64,000 nt of DNA from an uncultured Planctomycetota bacterium (GTDB lineage Bacteria; Planctomycetota; Phycisphaerae; Tepidisphaerales; Tepidisphaeraceae). Below are positions 33,536 through 42,760 of the stretch, one piece after another (positions within the stretch are counted from its first letter, which is position 1; the number at the start of each line of letters is the position of its first letter). The notes beneath the pieces were generated by a model that worked only from the letters and a program-made list of their open reading frames with translations, searched no databases and was not told the DNA's origin. Position numbers and translations under genes: made by a program. The stretch lies in contig CAWJEN010000006.1 of the NCBI GenBank assembly GCA_963841915.1, positions 928,001-992,000 of the forward strand. The letters are read 5' to 3'.

Positions 33536-33564
33536 GTAACCCTTTCGAGGCGGAGAGATTGCAC

Positions 33565-33596
33565 CCGCCGACCGTCGCACCTGCGACGGTCGGCGG
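33565..33596 (+). terminator. Intrinsic terminator
   Basis: 15-bp stem CCGCCGACCGTCGCA/TGCGACGGTCGGCGG followed by CTTTGTGTT. Confidence 0.75.
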
Positions 33597-33600
33597 CTTT

Positions 33601-34029
33601 GTGTTGCTACGGTGCGGTATCGCCGAAGAAGCACCAGTCGTCAGGCGTACGCCACCCCGCGAACTGGCCCCGAAGCTCGGCATCGGGCGTTTGACGCACC
33701 ACGTCCTGTTCTGCGACGGCCCCGCCTGCTGCGACGCGCGAGCCGGCCGTATCGCCTGGGGCCAGCTCAAGCGCGATGCCGCTCGCGTGACGCTGTCGGG
33801 TGAGGCCAATGTGCTCGTCACACGCTGCGACTGCTTGAAGATGTGCGACCGCGGGCCGATTGCTGTCGTGTACCCGGAAGGCGTTTGGTACGAATTGGCC
33901 GACGCTGATTTGATTCGCAGGATGATCGAGGAGCATGTGCTGCAGGGCAGGCCGGTCGAGGAACACGTCTTTGTCCGCGATAAGCTCGGCCGTAGCATGG
34001 ACCATGAACCACCTGCCGAGGATGCGTAG
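33601..34029 (+). CDS. Thioredoxin-like (2Fe-2S) ferredoxin; start uncertain
   Basis: HVLFC..CC, CLKMCDRGPIAVVYPEGVWY, EEHVLQGRPV. Confidence 0.85.
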   Translation: MLLRCGIAEEAPVVRRTPPRELAPKLGIGRLTHHVLFCDGPACCDARAGRIAWGQLKRDAARVTLSGEANVLVTRCDCLKMCDRGPIAVVYPEGVWYELADADLIRRMIEEHVLQGRPVEEHVFVRDKLGRSMDHEPPAEDA

Positions 34030-34531
34030 CTTTCGTGCCGCTTTGCTCACCGCCGGCTTAGGCGTCGGCGTGGGCGTTTGCCTCTTGACCCTCACCGGCT
34101 TTCAGCAGGACGCCGCCCCAGCGACGCAACCGACCACCATGAGCGACACCGACTACAAGGAGGCCGAGCGTGGCCTGAAGTACCGCATCACGGCCGACGC
34201 GCCGGCAGACCGCGTTGCAGAAGACGGTGACGTCTTGATGGTTCACTACACCGGCAAGCTCCAGGACGGCACCGTCTTCGACACCAGCCGGCAGATCCGC
34301 CAAGGACAACGCGAGCCCTTCCCGGTCCCGATCATGATCCGTCTGGGTGACGGCCAGGTTATTCCCGGCTGGGAGATCGGCCTGCGCGGCATGAAGGTTG
34401 GAGAGAAGCGGGAACTGCTCATTCCCTCCGACCTGGCTTACGGCGACAAGGGTGCCGGTGGTGTCATCCCGCCCGGGGCGACCCTTACCTTTGATGTCGA
34501 ACTCATCGGGCTGGCGCGTAACGAGGAGTAG
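34004..34531 (+). CDS. FKBP-type peptidyl-prolyl cis-trans isomerase
   Basis: VHYTGKLQDGTVFD, VIPGWE, IPSDLAYG, IPPGATLTFDVEL. Confidence 0.93.
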   Translation: MNHLPRMRSFRAALLTAGLGVGVGVCLLTLTGFQQDAAPATQPTTMSDTDYKEAERGLKYRITADAPADRVAEDGDVLMVHYTGKLQDGTVFDTSRQIRQGQREPFPVPIMIRLGDGQVIPGWEIGLRGMKVGEKRELLIPSDLAYGDKGAGGVIPPGATLTFDVELIGLARNEE

Positions 34532-34551
34532 ACGGCAAGATTTGGCGCTTT

Positions 34552-34573
34552 AGCCGCGACGTCTGTCGCGGCT
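34552..34573 (+). terminator. Terminator-like hairpin
   Basis: AGCCGCGAC-GTCT-GTCGCGGCT followed by TTAT. Confidence 0.6.
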
Positions 34574-34904
34574 TTATCATGCGCTGGAACAGGGTCTGAT
34601 TGTAACGATTAGGTGGGCTCTTCTGATGGTGTAGGCGGTCCTGGAGACGGGTGTCGGAATGACGTCCTGTCGCTGCAGAACGTCGTAGTGACCTGGCGTC
34701 GCCACAGTGGGGCTTCTGCCTCGGAAGCCGCCTGGCAGTCACTGGACGATCGTTTTTCTCGGACCATCGCGGCAGCAGGTTGAGGCAATGTAACGGCGGC
34801 TTGTGGTTCGATGCACTGGTACCGGATGTCGCCAACTCCGGGGGAAACCGGGGCGGCATGCGGGCCTGAATCCATCTACTTTCATTTGGGGGTTTTTAAA
34901 CAAC

Positions 34905-35255
34905 GTGCAGACACATGATCACCTTGATTCGAAACAATCGACGACGCTCACGCGGGCCGAGTGTCCGAGGCCGTCGGCAGATGTTGAGTTGGCCAGCTTC
35001 TACGCCAGCCGGGTCCGCTCGATGGCGGCAGAAGCTCGGGTCGGCCTGCCTGGCGGCGGGCTGAAGCTCGCAATCGCCGAAGCGGCCGAAATGGCCGCGG
35101 GGCGAACGGCCGACAGCGTGCTCGACACGGTGGCCGACCGGTTGCTGACGATCTTCGAGCGGGAAGCGGACCAACCGCTGCCCGCCGACGCGTCAGCCAC
35201 CCATGTTGAAGAGGCGACCGAACAGGCCGTCTCGTACATGCGGCTTGTCGACTGA
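34905..35255 (+). CDS. Small hypothetical protein
   Basis: Only plausible ORF in the gap, followed by a hairpin; no recognisable motif. Confidence 0.45.
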   Translation: MQTHDHLDSKQSTTLTRAECPRPSADVELASFYASRVRSMAAEARVGLPGGGLKLAIAEAAEMAAGRTADSVLDTVADRLLTIFEREADQPLPADASATHVEEATEQAVSYMRLVD

Positions 35256-35280
35256 ATTTGGCTACGACACCTTCTACTCG

Positions 35281-35309
35281 AGGGCCCGGCAGCAACCCTG
35301 CCGGGCCCT
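35281..35309. terminator. Hairpin between convergent genes
   Basis: AGGGCCCGGCAG-CAACC-CTGCCGGGCCCT then TCTT. Confidence 0.7.
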
Positions 35310-35316
35310 TCTTGTG

Positions 35317-37806
35317 TCACAACAGGTTGACCGGATCGACATCGACCGCCACCCGATCGTTCTGCGACAGATGACCCGCAGCCCGCACGACCGCCAGCAC
35401 CCGCTGCAGGGGCGTCGCTGTCTCGGCCCGTAGTACGATCTGGTGACGGTGGTAGCCGGCAATTCTCGACACCGCGGCTGGCATCGGGCCATCAACGCTC
35501 ACGCCACCCGTCGCTTCTGCGGCGTCGGCAAAGACGCCCGCCAAAGTCTCGCCGCGGGTAATCACCTTCTCCTCGTCGCGGTCACGAAGAATAATTCGCA
35601 CCATCCGCCCGAACGGCGGGAGCCCGGTTTCTTGACGCAGCTTCAGCTCGCGTCTGGCAAACCCTTCATAATCCTGCCGCATCGCCGCCCGAATAGCGTC
35701 GTCGAACGGGTTGAATGTCTGCAGCACGACGCGGCCCGGGATCTCACCGCGACCGGCACGACCGGCAACCTGCGTGATGAGTCCGAAGGTCCGCTCTGCT
35801 GCCCGGAAGTCGGGCAGGCTCAGGCTCGTATCGCCACTGACGACGCCGACCAGGCTGACGTTGGGAAAGTCGAGCCCTTTGGCGATCATTTGGGTGCCAC
35901 ACAAGACATCAATTTCACCGGCGGCAAAGCGCTTCAGCACCCGCTCGTAGTCACCGCTGCCGCGCATGGTGTCGCTGTCGACCCGCTCGTAGACAAGGTT
36001 GGGAAACTTGCGGGCCAGCTCTTCCTCCATGCGCTGCGTCCCGAGCCCGAAGAGGTTGAGGTTGCCGCCCATCCGCTTGGCGGCCGAGTCGAGCGGGTCG
36101 ATCGCCAGGCAGTAATGACAATGAAGCTGGCCAGTGTGCAACGCCTTCTTGAATTGGGCTCCGACCGGCCCTTCGCCGGCCGTCCGGTGGTACGTCATCG
36201 TCGCATCGCAGAACCGGCACGTCACCGGCTCGTCGGTGCTCGGGTTGTAGACGAAGTTGGCATAACCGCGGCGATTGAGCAGCAAAATGGCCTGCTGACC
36301 CTGCTCCTTCGTGTGCGTGATGAGATGCTCGAGCCGCGGAGACAGCAGGTGAACACCCTTACGCATCCGAGCTGCCTGCTTCAGATCGACCAACTCGATC
36401 GTCGGCATCGGCCGATCGGCGACGCGGGTGGGCAGGCGGTGCAGGTGTGCCGAGCCGGAGGAACGCGAGGGAACTAAGGGAGCAAAGGGCCGCGAAAGTG
36501 CAGGAGTGCTGGAAGAGCCAGTAGCGACGGCTACGCCGTCTGAACCCTCTTCTCCTCCCTTCGCCTCTACGCGACTTCGCGTTCCTCCGACCGCACGCCA
36601 GTACGTCTCCAACGATGGCGTCGCGCTGCCCAGCACGATCGGGCAACCCGCCAATTGCGCTCGCTTGATGGCAACGTCCCGCGCGTGGTAGCGCGGGGCG
36701 GTGTCCTGCTTGTACGACGACTCGTGCTCCTCATCGACGACAAATAACCCCGGCCGCGGGACGGGGGCGAAAATGGCCGACCGTGCGCCGACGACCACTT
36801 CGGCCTGACCGGCGGCGATCTGTTGCCAGTACCGGTGTCGAGCCGACGCCGACAGGCCGCTGTGCAGCACGGCCACCCGTGGAAACCGCTCTTTGATCCG
36901 CTTCGTCGTCTGCGGCGTCAGCGCGATCTCCGGCACCAGCAACACCGCCTGTCGACCACGCTCGATGGCCTCTGCCATCAGTCGCAGGTAGACCTCGGTC
37001 TTGCCGCTCCCAGTGACGCCGAGCAACAGGTGCGTCGAGAAACCGCCGTCGCGAACGAGCGGGGCGACGTCATCGAACACGCGCTGCTGATCCGCGTTCA
37101 TCGCGTGCGGTGGCTCTATCGTCGGCGACGCTGGCATCTCGCCTAACGCCGGCAGGTCGGGCACCGTCTCCAGCGTCAGAAATCCCAGCTTTGCGGCCTT
37201 CTTCGCCGTCGGAATGGTGACTCCGGCCTCACCGGCGAGGCGCACGATGTCAATCGAGTCGCCGACTTCGAGCTGCATCAGGCGGCCCAGAAGCGAGCGA
37301 CGCTTCTTGGCGGTCGTCTTCTCGAACAGCTCCTGCAACGCCTCGGGCGGCAGGGCGGGTCGGGCAATCTGCGTGTAGCCGAGCCCGACTTTCTTCTTAA
37401 CCGCTCCGGGAATCATGCTCTCGAGCACGAGCCCCAGCGCGCAGCAGTAATATCGGCCGATCCACAGAGCAAGCCGCATCATGTCGGGCTCGATCAGCAC
37501 GCGTTCGTCGTCGATGGCCGTGACCGGCTTGAGTTTTGTCGCCGCCACACCTGCGGCCTTCTCATCGAACGTCTCGATGATGTCGACGACGTAACCGAAC
37601 TGCGTGCGATTCTTTCGGCCTAGCGGCACCCGTACCCGCTGACCGGCCCGCAGCGTCCGCACCAGCTTCGGCGGGACAACGTACGTCAGCATCTTGTCGA
37701 CCGCCTGCTCTAACGCCACCCGCGCAAATGGTCCCGCCGGCACCTCCGGCTGCGACGGGGCGTCGAGGAGCAGCTCATCAAAAAGAACGTCGGTCGACCC
37801 GGTCAC
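35317..37806 (-). CDS. priA: Primosomal protein N' (replication restart helicase)
   Basis: GVTGSGKTEVY, VPEIALTPQ, VDEEHESSYKQ, GSATPS, LNRRGY, GTQMIAKGLDFP, QVAGRAGR, VDVDP. Confidence 0.96.
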   Translation of the reverse strand: MTGSTDVLFDELLLDAPSQPEVPAGPFARVALEQAVDKMLTYVVPPKLVRTLRAGQRVRVPLGRKNRTQFGYVVDIIETFDEKAAGVAATKLKPVTAIDDERVLIEPDMMRLALWIGRYYCCALGLVLESMIPGAVKKKVGLGYTQIARPALPPEALQELFEKTTAKKRRSLLGRLMQLEVGDSIDIVRLAGEAGVTIPTAKKAAKLGFLTLETVPDLPALGEMPASPTIEPPHAMNADQQRVFDDVAPLVRDGGFSTHLLLGVTGSGKTEVYLRLMAEAIERGRQAVLLVPEIALTPQTTKRIKERFPRVAVLHSGLSASARHRYWQQIAAGQAEVVVGARSAIFAPVPRPGLFVVDEEHESSYKQDTAPRYHARDVAIKRAQLAGCPIVLGSATPSLETYWRAVGGTRSRVEAKGGEEGSDGVAVATGSSSTPALSRPFAPLVPSRSSGSAHLHRLPTRVADRPMPTIELVDLKQAARMRKGVHLLSPRLEHLITHTKEQGQQAILLLNRRGYANFVYNPSTDEPVTCRFCDATMTYHRTAGEGPVGAQFKKALHTGQLHCHYCLAIDPLDSAAKRMGGNLNLFGLGTQRMEEELARKFPNLVYERVDSDTMRGSGDYERVLKRFAAGEIDVLCGTQMIAKGLDFPNVSLVGVVSGDTSLSLPDFRAAERTFGLITQVAGRAGRGEIPGRVVLQTFNPFDDAIRAAMRQDYEGFARRELKLRQETGLPPFGRMVRIILRDRDEEKVITRGETLAGVFADAAEATGGVSVDGPMPAAVSRIAGYHRHQIVLRAETATPLQRVLAVVRAAGHLSQNDRVAVDVDPVNLL

Positions 37807-37836
37807 GTTCAGGAACGGTACGGGGTTCTCGGCCGA

Positions 37837-38319
37837 TCAGAAACGCTGGACGCTTTCGGCCCGACGCATCTCGCGTTCGGCGTCTTTGGCCTTCAGCGCC
37901 TCGCGCTTGTCAGCCTTACGTTTGCCGCGGGCCACGCCGACCTCGACCTTGGCCCGACCTTCCTTGAAGTAGATCTGCAAGGGCACAATCGTGACGCCGC
38001 GCTCGCGGGTCTCATCTTCAAGCTGACGAATCTCCCGGCGGTGGAGCAGGAGCTTGCGCAACCGCCGGGGGTCGTGGTTCAGAAACTCGGCCGCGTGCGG
38101 GTACGGATCAATGTGCACGCCCTGCAGAAACAGCTCGCCTCCCTCGAAGCGTGCAAAGGCGTCTGCCATCTGCGCATGGCCGTTGCGGAGCTGCTTGACC
38201 TCGGTACCGACGAGGCGGACGCCACACTCGATCGTGCGGCTGATCTCGTAATCGAAGCGGGCCTTGCGGTTGACCATCTTCGCCGGCTCGGCCGGGTTGC
38301 GTTTGCCCTTTTTGGCCAT
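37837..38319 (-). CDS. smpB: SsrA-binding protein
   Basis: NRKARFDY, GTEVK, RKLLLHRREI, ARGK..DKRE. Confidence 0.96.
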   Translation of the reverse strand: MAKKGKRNPAEPAKMVNRKARFDYEISRTIECGVRLVGTEVKQLRNGHAQMADAFARFEGGELFLQGVHIDPYPHAAEFLNHDPRRLRKLLLHRREIRQLEDETRERGVTIVPLQIYFKEGRAKVEVGVARGKRKADKREALKAKDAEREMRRAESVQRF

Positions 38320-38352
38320 CGAACCGGAACGGTAGGCGGCGTCGAGGTTGGG

Positions 38353-39168
38353 CTATCGGCCGATAAGCTTCTTCAGGCCGTACCAGGTCGCCTCACGCTG
38401 CACCTTGGCGATGGACTCGAGCAAAGGGATGTCCTTGGGGCACACCTGCACGCAGTTGCCGGCCTTGGAGCAGTTACCCACGCCGTCTTCGCCCATCATG
38501 ACAGCCATGCGGTCGTCCTTGAGGCTCTTGCCGGTGACGTGCTCGTTGAATAGACGAACCTGACTGATGACAGCAGCACCGACAAAGCCGTTGACCGGCG
38601 TGTACTGCGGGCATGCCTCCAAACACGAGCCGCACGAAATGCAACGGCTCAGCGGGTACCGCTCTTCCTGCGTCTTCTGGCTCTCCGCCGGACCTGGGCC
38701 AAGATCGTAGGTGCCGTCGATCGGGACCCAGGCCTTGACACGCTTAAGGTCGTTGAACAGTCGGCTGCGATCGACCTGCAGGTCGCGGACGAGCGGGAAC
38801 TTCGTCATCGGCTCGAGGCTTATGGCCTCACCGTCGTCGCTAACCTTGTCGACGAGCGTGCTGCACGCCTGGCGGACGCGGCCGTTGATCCGCATGGTGC
38901 ACGCGCCGCAAACCTCCTCCAGGCAGCCGCTGTCCCAGACGGGGCTCGTGACGTCGCGGCCCTCGATGGTCTTTGGGTGGGCCGCAATCCACTGCAGGCA
39001 AGAGATGATGTTCATGTTCGGCCGCTTGGGCACGTCGAACTCATCCCACCGCTTTTCGCGGTCGGGCCCGTCCTGCCGCGAGATGCGGATGCGGATCGTC
39101 TCCTTAGGCGACGGCGCTGCCGACGAGTGGTCCGGCTGACGGGTGGCATCGGTGACGGTGGGATTCAT
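38353..39168 (-). CDS. sdhB: Succinate dehydrogenase iron-sulfur subunit
   Basis: CLEEVCGAC, RQACS, CISCGSCLEACP, CSKAGNCVQVCPK. Confidence 0.94.
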   Translation of the reverse strand: MNPTVTDATRQPDHSSAAPSPKETIRIRISRQDGPDREKRWDEFDVPKRPNMNIISCLQWIAAHPKTIEGRDVTSPVWDSGCLEEVCGACTMRINGRVRQACSTLVDKVSDDGEAISLEPMTKFPLVRDLQVDRSRLFNDLKRVKAWVPIDGTYDLGPGPAESQKTQEERYPLSRCISCGSCLEACPQYTPVNGFVGAAVISQVRLFNEHVTGKSLKDDRMAVMMGEDGVGNCSKAGNCVQVCPKDIPLLESIAKVQREATWYGLKKLIGR

Positions 39169-39189
39169 CTCATGGAACTCTACGCAAAA

Positions 39190-39218
39190 ACGCCCGCCGC
39201 GTGCGTCGCGGCGGGCGT
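39190..39218 (-). terminator. Intrinsic terminator of the pil cluster
   Basis: 12-bp stem ACGCCCGCCGCG/CGCGGCGGGCGT with a T run on the minus strand. Confidence 0.75.
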
Positions 39219-39264
39219 CCATCACAGTTTCTGAAAGGCCCGAAGCAGCCGAACCTGTTCGCGT

Positions 39265-40968
39265 TCAGCGGCCGTCTGCCACTTCATCGTTCTCTGTGGC
39301 GAGCTCGAGGAACTCGTCGTACTCGTCGCTCTCGTCCTCGTCGGGACGATGGGAGGTGAAGACGCCATCGGTTCCGGTGAGGACAGCGATCATGTCGCGA
39401 CCCTTGTCGTCAGCCAGGTCGTCGCGCATGTCGACGAGGAAGCGGCCGGTGAAGTAGTCGATGCCGTCAACCACGCCGCCGACCGGATCACCGGCTTCGA
39501 CTTTGAAGGTCTCTTCGTTCCACGAGCCCTTCTGCCAGCGGAAGACGCTGAATCTGGCGTCGCGAACCCGCCCGTCGGATTGGGGCGTGCCGACACTTTT
39601 CATGAACCACCGACGGATCGGAGCCACTGTCGTCGGCTCACTCCAGCCATCCCGCCAAAGCTCATCACGGGCTGCCGTCAGAGCGAGCTGCGACTCGAGC
39701 TCGGGATTGTCAGCAACCTTGACCGTGTCGAACAGCGGGTTGCGGAGGCTGTAGACGATGTTGTAACGGTAAGTTTCGCCGGGTTCTGCGGTCTCGTCGT
39801 AGATGACGCCTTCGATGTCGACCCCACCTGTGGCCGGATTAAATTCACCTGGAACCTCACCACCGATGTAGACCGGAATCTGACGGTCGCGTTCCTGAGT
39901 CTGTGGCTGTGAGTAGTCGCCGCCGTAGGGGTCACCGCCGAACTCGGTACCGCCGCCGCCAAATTCACCACCACCACCAAAAGGATCGTTACCACCGTAG
40001 GGGTCAAAGCCGCCACCGCCGTAGGGGTCGACGGGCGGGCGACCGCCGCTGTTTGGGCCGTAGGGTGGACGGCGACCGTCATTCGGGTTGGGCCGACGAG
40101 GACGCTCTGGCGGGGCAGCTTCCTCGCCTTCTTCGGCCTCTTCCTCGGGAAGCGGCTCGGCGGCGACTTCTTCGGGACGGTCACCGGCCAACACCGGATA
40201 AAAAGGCGGCTGGGCGATCAACATCGGTTCGCCACGGGCAAACTCGAGGTAAATCTGCTTGTCTTCACGCGTCGCCGACTCGTCAGGCATCTTCGGCCAC
40301 GTGACGTTGCGCAGGTCGGCGATGTCGGTCGTCTCGCCGAACTCGCCGCTGCTGAGCTGTCGCTCGCGGATCAGCTTGACGTCGAGCAACGACGTCTGCG
40401 ACACCCGGCTGGGCAGCGCAACGCTGGCAAAGCGGTCGCGAATCTCGTTCATCGGCAGCGACCAGCGGACGGCGACGAAGACAACGTCTTCCTCACCGAC
40501 CTCCGGCACGTCGACCATCGCCTTTCCGCTGTTGGCGAACGTGATGGTCGCCGGGGGCAGCTCTGGAAGTGAATCAAGCGTGCCAGCCCCGCCGTCCTCC
40601 TCGGGTCGCGTGTAATCGGGCACCGGGCTCCGCGGCCCGACGAGTGCGAGCTCGTCTGCCGCGATCGGCTCACCGATTTGTCGCGTCCGGCCGACGAGAA
40701 TTTCAACATCTCTTGGCCGCACTTCGGTCATGATGCCTGCCTCAGACGCCGTAGTGCGTTCGAGGGCCTTGCCTTCAGTGTCATAGACGCGTTGATCGAC
40801 TTCGCCGGGACCGACGGTGTCGTTGGTGCCAAACGGTGCCGAGGCAACGCCAGGGTCCAGGACGTAAGTCCACAGCGTCCAAAGTAGCAGCAGGCCGGCC
40901 AATCCCAGCACCAGGAACTGCACGTAGCTCTCGAGGAAACCGCCGACTTTCTTGAGGTACTTATCCAT
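39265..40968 (-). CDS. Membrane-anchored hypothetical protein of the pilM cluster, with Gly-rich linker
   Basis: N-terminal TM, acidic periplasmic body, YDETAEPGETYRY..NP motif. Confidence 0.75.
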   Translation of the reverse strand: MDKYLKKVGGFLESYVQFLVLGLAGLLLLWTLWTYVLDPGVASAPFGTNDTVGPGEVDQRVYDTEGKALERTTASEAGIMTEVRPRDVEILVGRTRQIGEPIAADELALVGPRSPVPDYTRPEEDGGAGTLDSLPELPPATITFANSGKAMVDVPEVGEEDVVFVAVRWSLPMNEIRDRFASVALPSRVSQTSLLDVKLIRERQLSSGEFGETTDIADLRNVTWPKMPDESATREDKQIYLEFARGEPMLIAQPPFYPVLAGDRPEEVAAEPLPEEEAEEGEEAAPPERPRRPNPNDGRRPPYGPNSGGRPPVDPYGGGGFDPYGGNDPFGGGGEFGGGGTEFGGDPYGGDYSQPQTQERDRQIPVYIGGEVPGEFNPATGGVDIEGVIYDETAEPGETYRYNIVYSLRNPLFDTVKVADNPELESQLALTAARDELWRDGWSEPTTVAPIRRWFMKSVGTPQSDGRVRDARFSVFRWQKGSWNEETFKVEAGDPVGGVVDGIDYFTGRFLVDMRDDLADDKGRDMIAVLTGTDGVFTSHRPDEDESDEYDEFLELATENDEVADGR

Positions 40969-41022
40969 GGAAGGTGCGTTGAAGGAGTCGCAAGGGGCAG
41001 AGTCGGATCGCTGTCGAGCTCA

Positions 41023-42693
41023 TCAGAAGGCGGCTTCGACCGGGGCGGAGTAGGCGGCAAGCGCCTGCTTGATCTTGTCGGGCATGAGCGGCACGGTCCA
41101 CTGTCGGAGGAAGATCATCTCCCCGGTGATGGTCATCTCCATGACGGCATCTTTGCCGTAAATGTACCCTTGCGTCAGGGCGACGAGCGGATCGATCGGG
41201 CGTAGCTCGGGCACGTTGAGCACCGTGATGAGCGAGTCCTGCTGAAGCAACCGCAACACTTCCGGCACGCTGTCGGCTGCCACGCGGACGCGAAGCTCGA
41301 AGCCGATCGTGTCGAAGAACGCGTTGTGCGACGAACGTCCGGTCGGGCTGAGTGAAAAGTCCCTGTTCAGTTCAACGGCTGCGTCGATGGGCAGGTCGAC
41401 GCCTGCGCCTTCAGTTTCGCCGCCGGTTTGACCGGCTGGGCCCGTTGGGCCCGTCGGGCCCGTTGGACCGGTATTGGGGGTGGGATACGGCTGGGCCGGG
41501 GGCTGCGAGAAGTCGCCGCCCATGCCGCCGCCGCCAAACTCGCCACCGCCGTAAGGGTCGTTGCCGCCGTAAGGGTCGCCACCGCCGTAGGGGTTACCAC
41601 CGCCGTAGGGGTTACCACCGCCAAACTCGCCACCGCCACCGCCACCAAAGCCACCACCACCGCCGCCAGCAGCCGGGGGCGTAGTGCGGGTCGGTACGAC
41701 GCCGCTCGGGAACTTTTCAGGCACCGACAAGGAAAGCACGTGCTTGACCGGTGCCCCGATGATGTTCTGCTGCTCGGGCGGGAGCGACTCTACCGACACC
41801 CGATTCGCATTGGCGAGGTTGAACAGCACCTCTTCGAGCACCCAAAGCTGCATCTGCGCCTCGAAGATCTCCGTCTCGTCAGGCCGATCGTTGGACGAGC
41901 CGATCGGGTGCGTGCTCAGGGCGTCGGGGTCGAGGTACATCCGGTTGTCGGTCGCCCGGATGTATTTCAGGCCACGCTCGAGTTCGAGCAGTTCCTTTTG
42001 AATGCGCTCGTCGACGGCTTCGGGTGAGATGAACTCACCCGTCGAGCCATTCCTCGGCGAACTAGCTTCGATGGCGGCGACACGTTTTTCCTTGGCGGTC
42101 GCGAGGCCTTCGGCGTCCGGTGGCTGCGTCGCGCCGATGAGCCCTTGCAGCGAATCCTGCGGGTAGCTACCGATGTCGTTGTTGAAGCCACCTTCAATCG
42201 CAAGGTAAGCCTGGTACCGCCGCAGCCATTGGTCGCGACGGAACTGGTCACCCTGACCGGCAAGCGGCCAGACTTCTGCTGCTTCTTCGTAGTTTTCGGC
42301 CGGTGTCTTGCTTGGGTTGTTGAAGTTCAGCGGCAAGCGACGGTTGGCATCGACCTCGAGCGTCAGGAGTTCACCGGCCTTGAGACTGACAGCATCCATG
42401 ACTTCACGACCGACCCTGATCGTCGGCTCGTTCGGGAAGCCGGCCAACGTGTCGTCACCGGCAGAAAGTCCACCGGCTTTGAGCCGAATGTCGGGCCGCG
42501 ACTGCTCGCGTAAAGCGCGAAGCTCGGTGGCAACATCGGCCCGCTTCTTAACCTCTTGACGAACGTCGGCAAAGCCACCGTCGATGTAGAACAGGATCAC
42601 GCCGAGCGACGCCAACAGCAGCACGACGGCAGCGATGCTGACTGCGTTGCGTTTGGCGAAAGCGGAGATTTTCTTCCAGTCGATGTTGCTCAT
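41023..42693 (-). CDS. Membrane-anchored protein in PilO-like position, with GGGNPY repeats
   Basis: TM plus coiled coil, AQMQLWV, C-terminal ferredoxin-like beta pattern; directly downstream of pilM. Confidence 0.7.
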   Translation of the reverse strand: MSNIDWKKISAFAKRNAVSIAAVVLLLASLGVILFYIDGGFADVRQEVKKRADVATELRALREQSRPDIRLKAGGLSAGDDTLAGFPNEPTIRVGREVMDAVSLKAGELLTLEVDANRRLPLNFNNPSKTPAENYEEAAEVWPLAGQGDQFRRDQWLRRYQAYLAIEGGFNNDIGSYPQDSLQGLIGATQPPDAEGLATAKEKRVAAIEASSPRNGSTGEFISPEAVDERIQKELLELERGLKYIRATDNRMYLDPDALSTHPIGSSNDRPDETEIFEAQMQLWVLEEVLFNLANANRVSVESLPPEQQNIIGAPVKHVLSLSVPEKFPSGVVPTRTTPPAAGGGGGGFGGGGGGEFGGGNPYGGGNPYGGGDPYGGNDPYGGGEFGGGGMGGDFSQPPAQPYPTPNTGPTGPTGPTGPAGQTGGETEGAGVDLPIDAAVELNRDFSLSPTGRSSHNAFFDTIGFELRVRVAADSVPEVLRLLQQDSLITVLNVPELRPIDPLVALTQGYIYGKDAVMEMTITGEMIFLRQWTVPLMPDKIKQALAAYSAPVEAAF

Positions 42694-42760
42694 CGTCGGT
42701 AGGGGCTGAGGCCGATGCGGCCGAAGGTGCGGTGGCTCAAACAGATCATCACGCGGCAGA

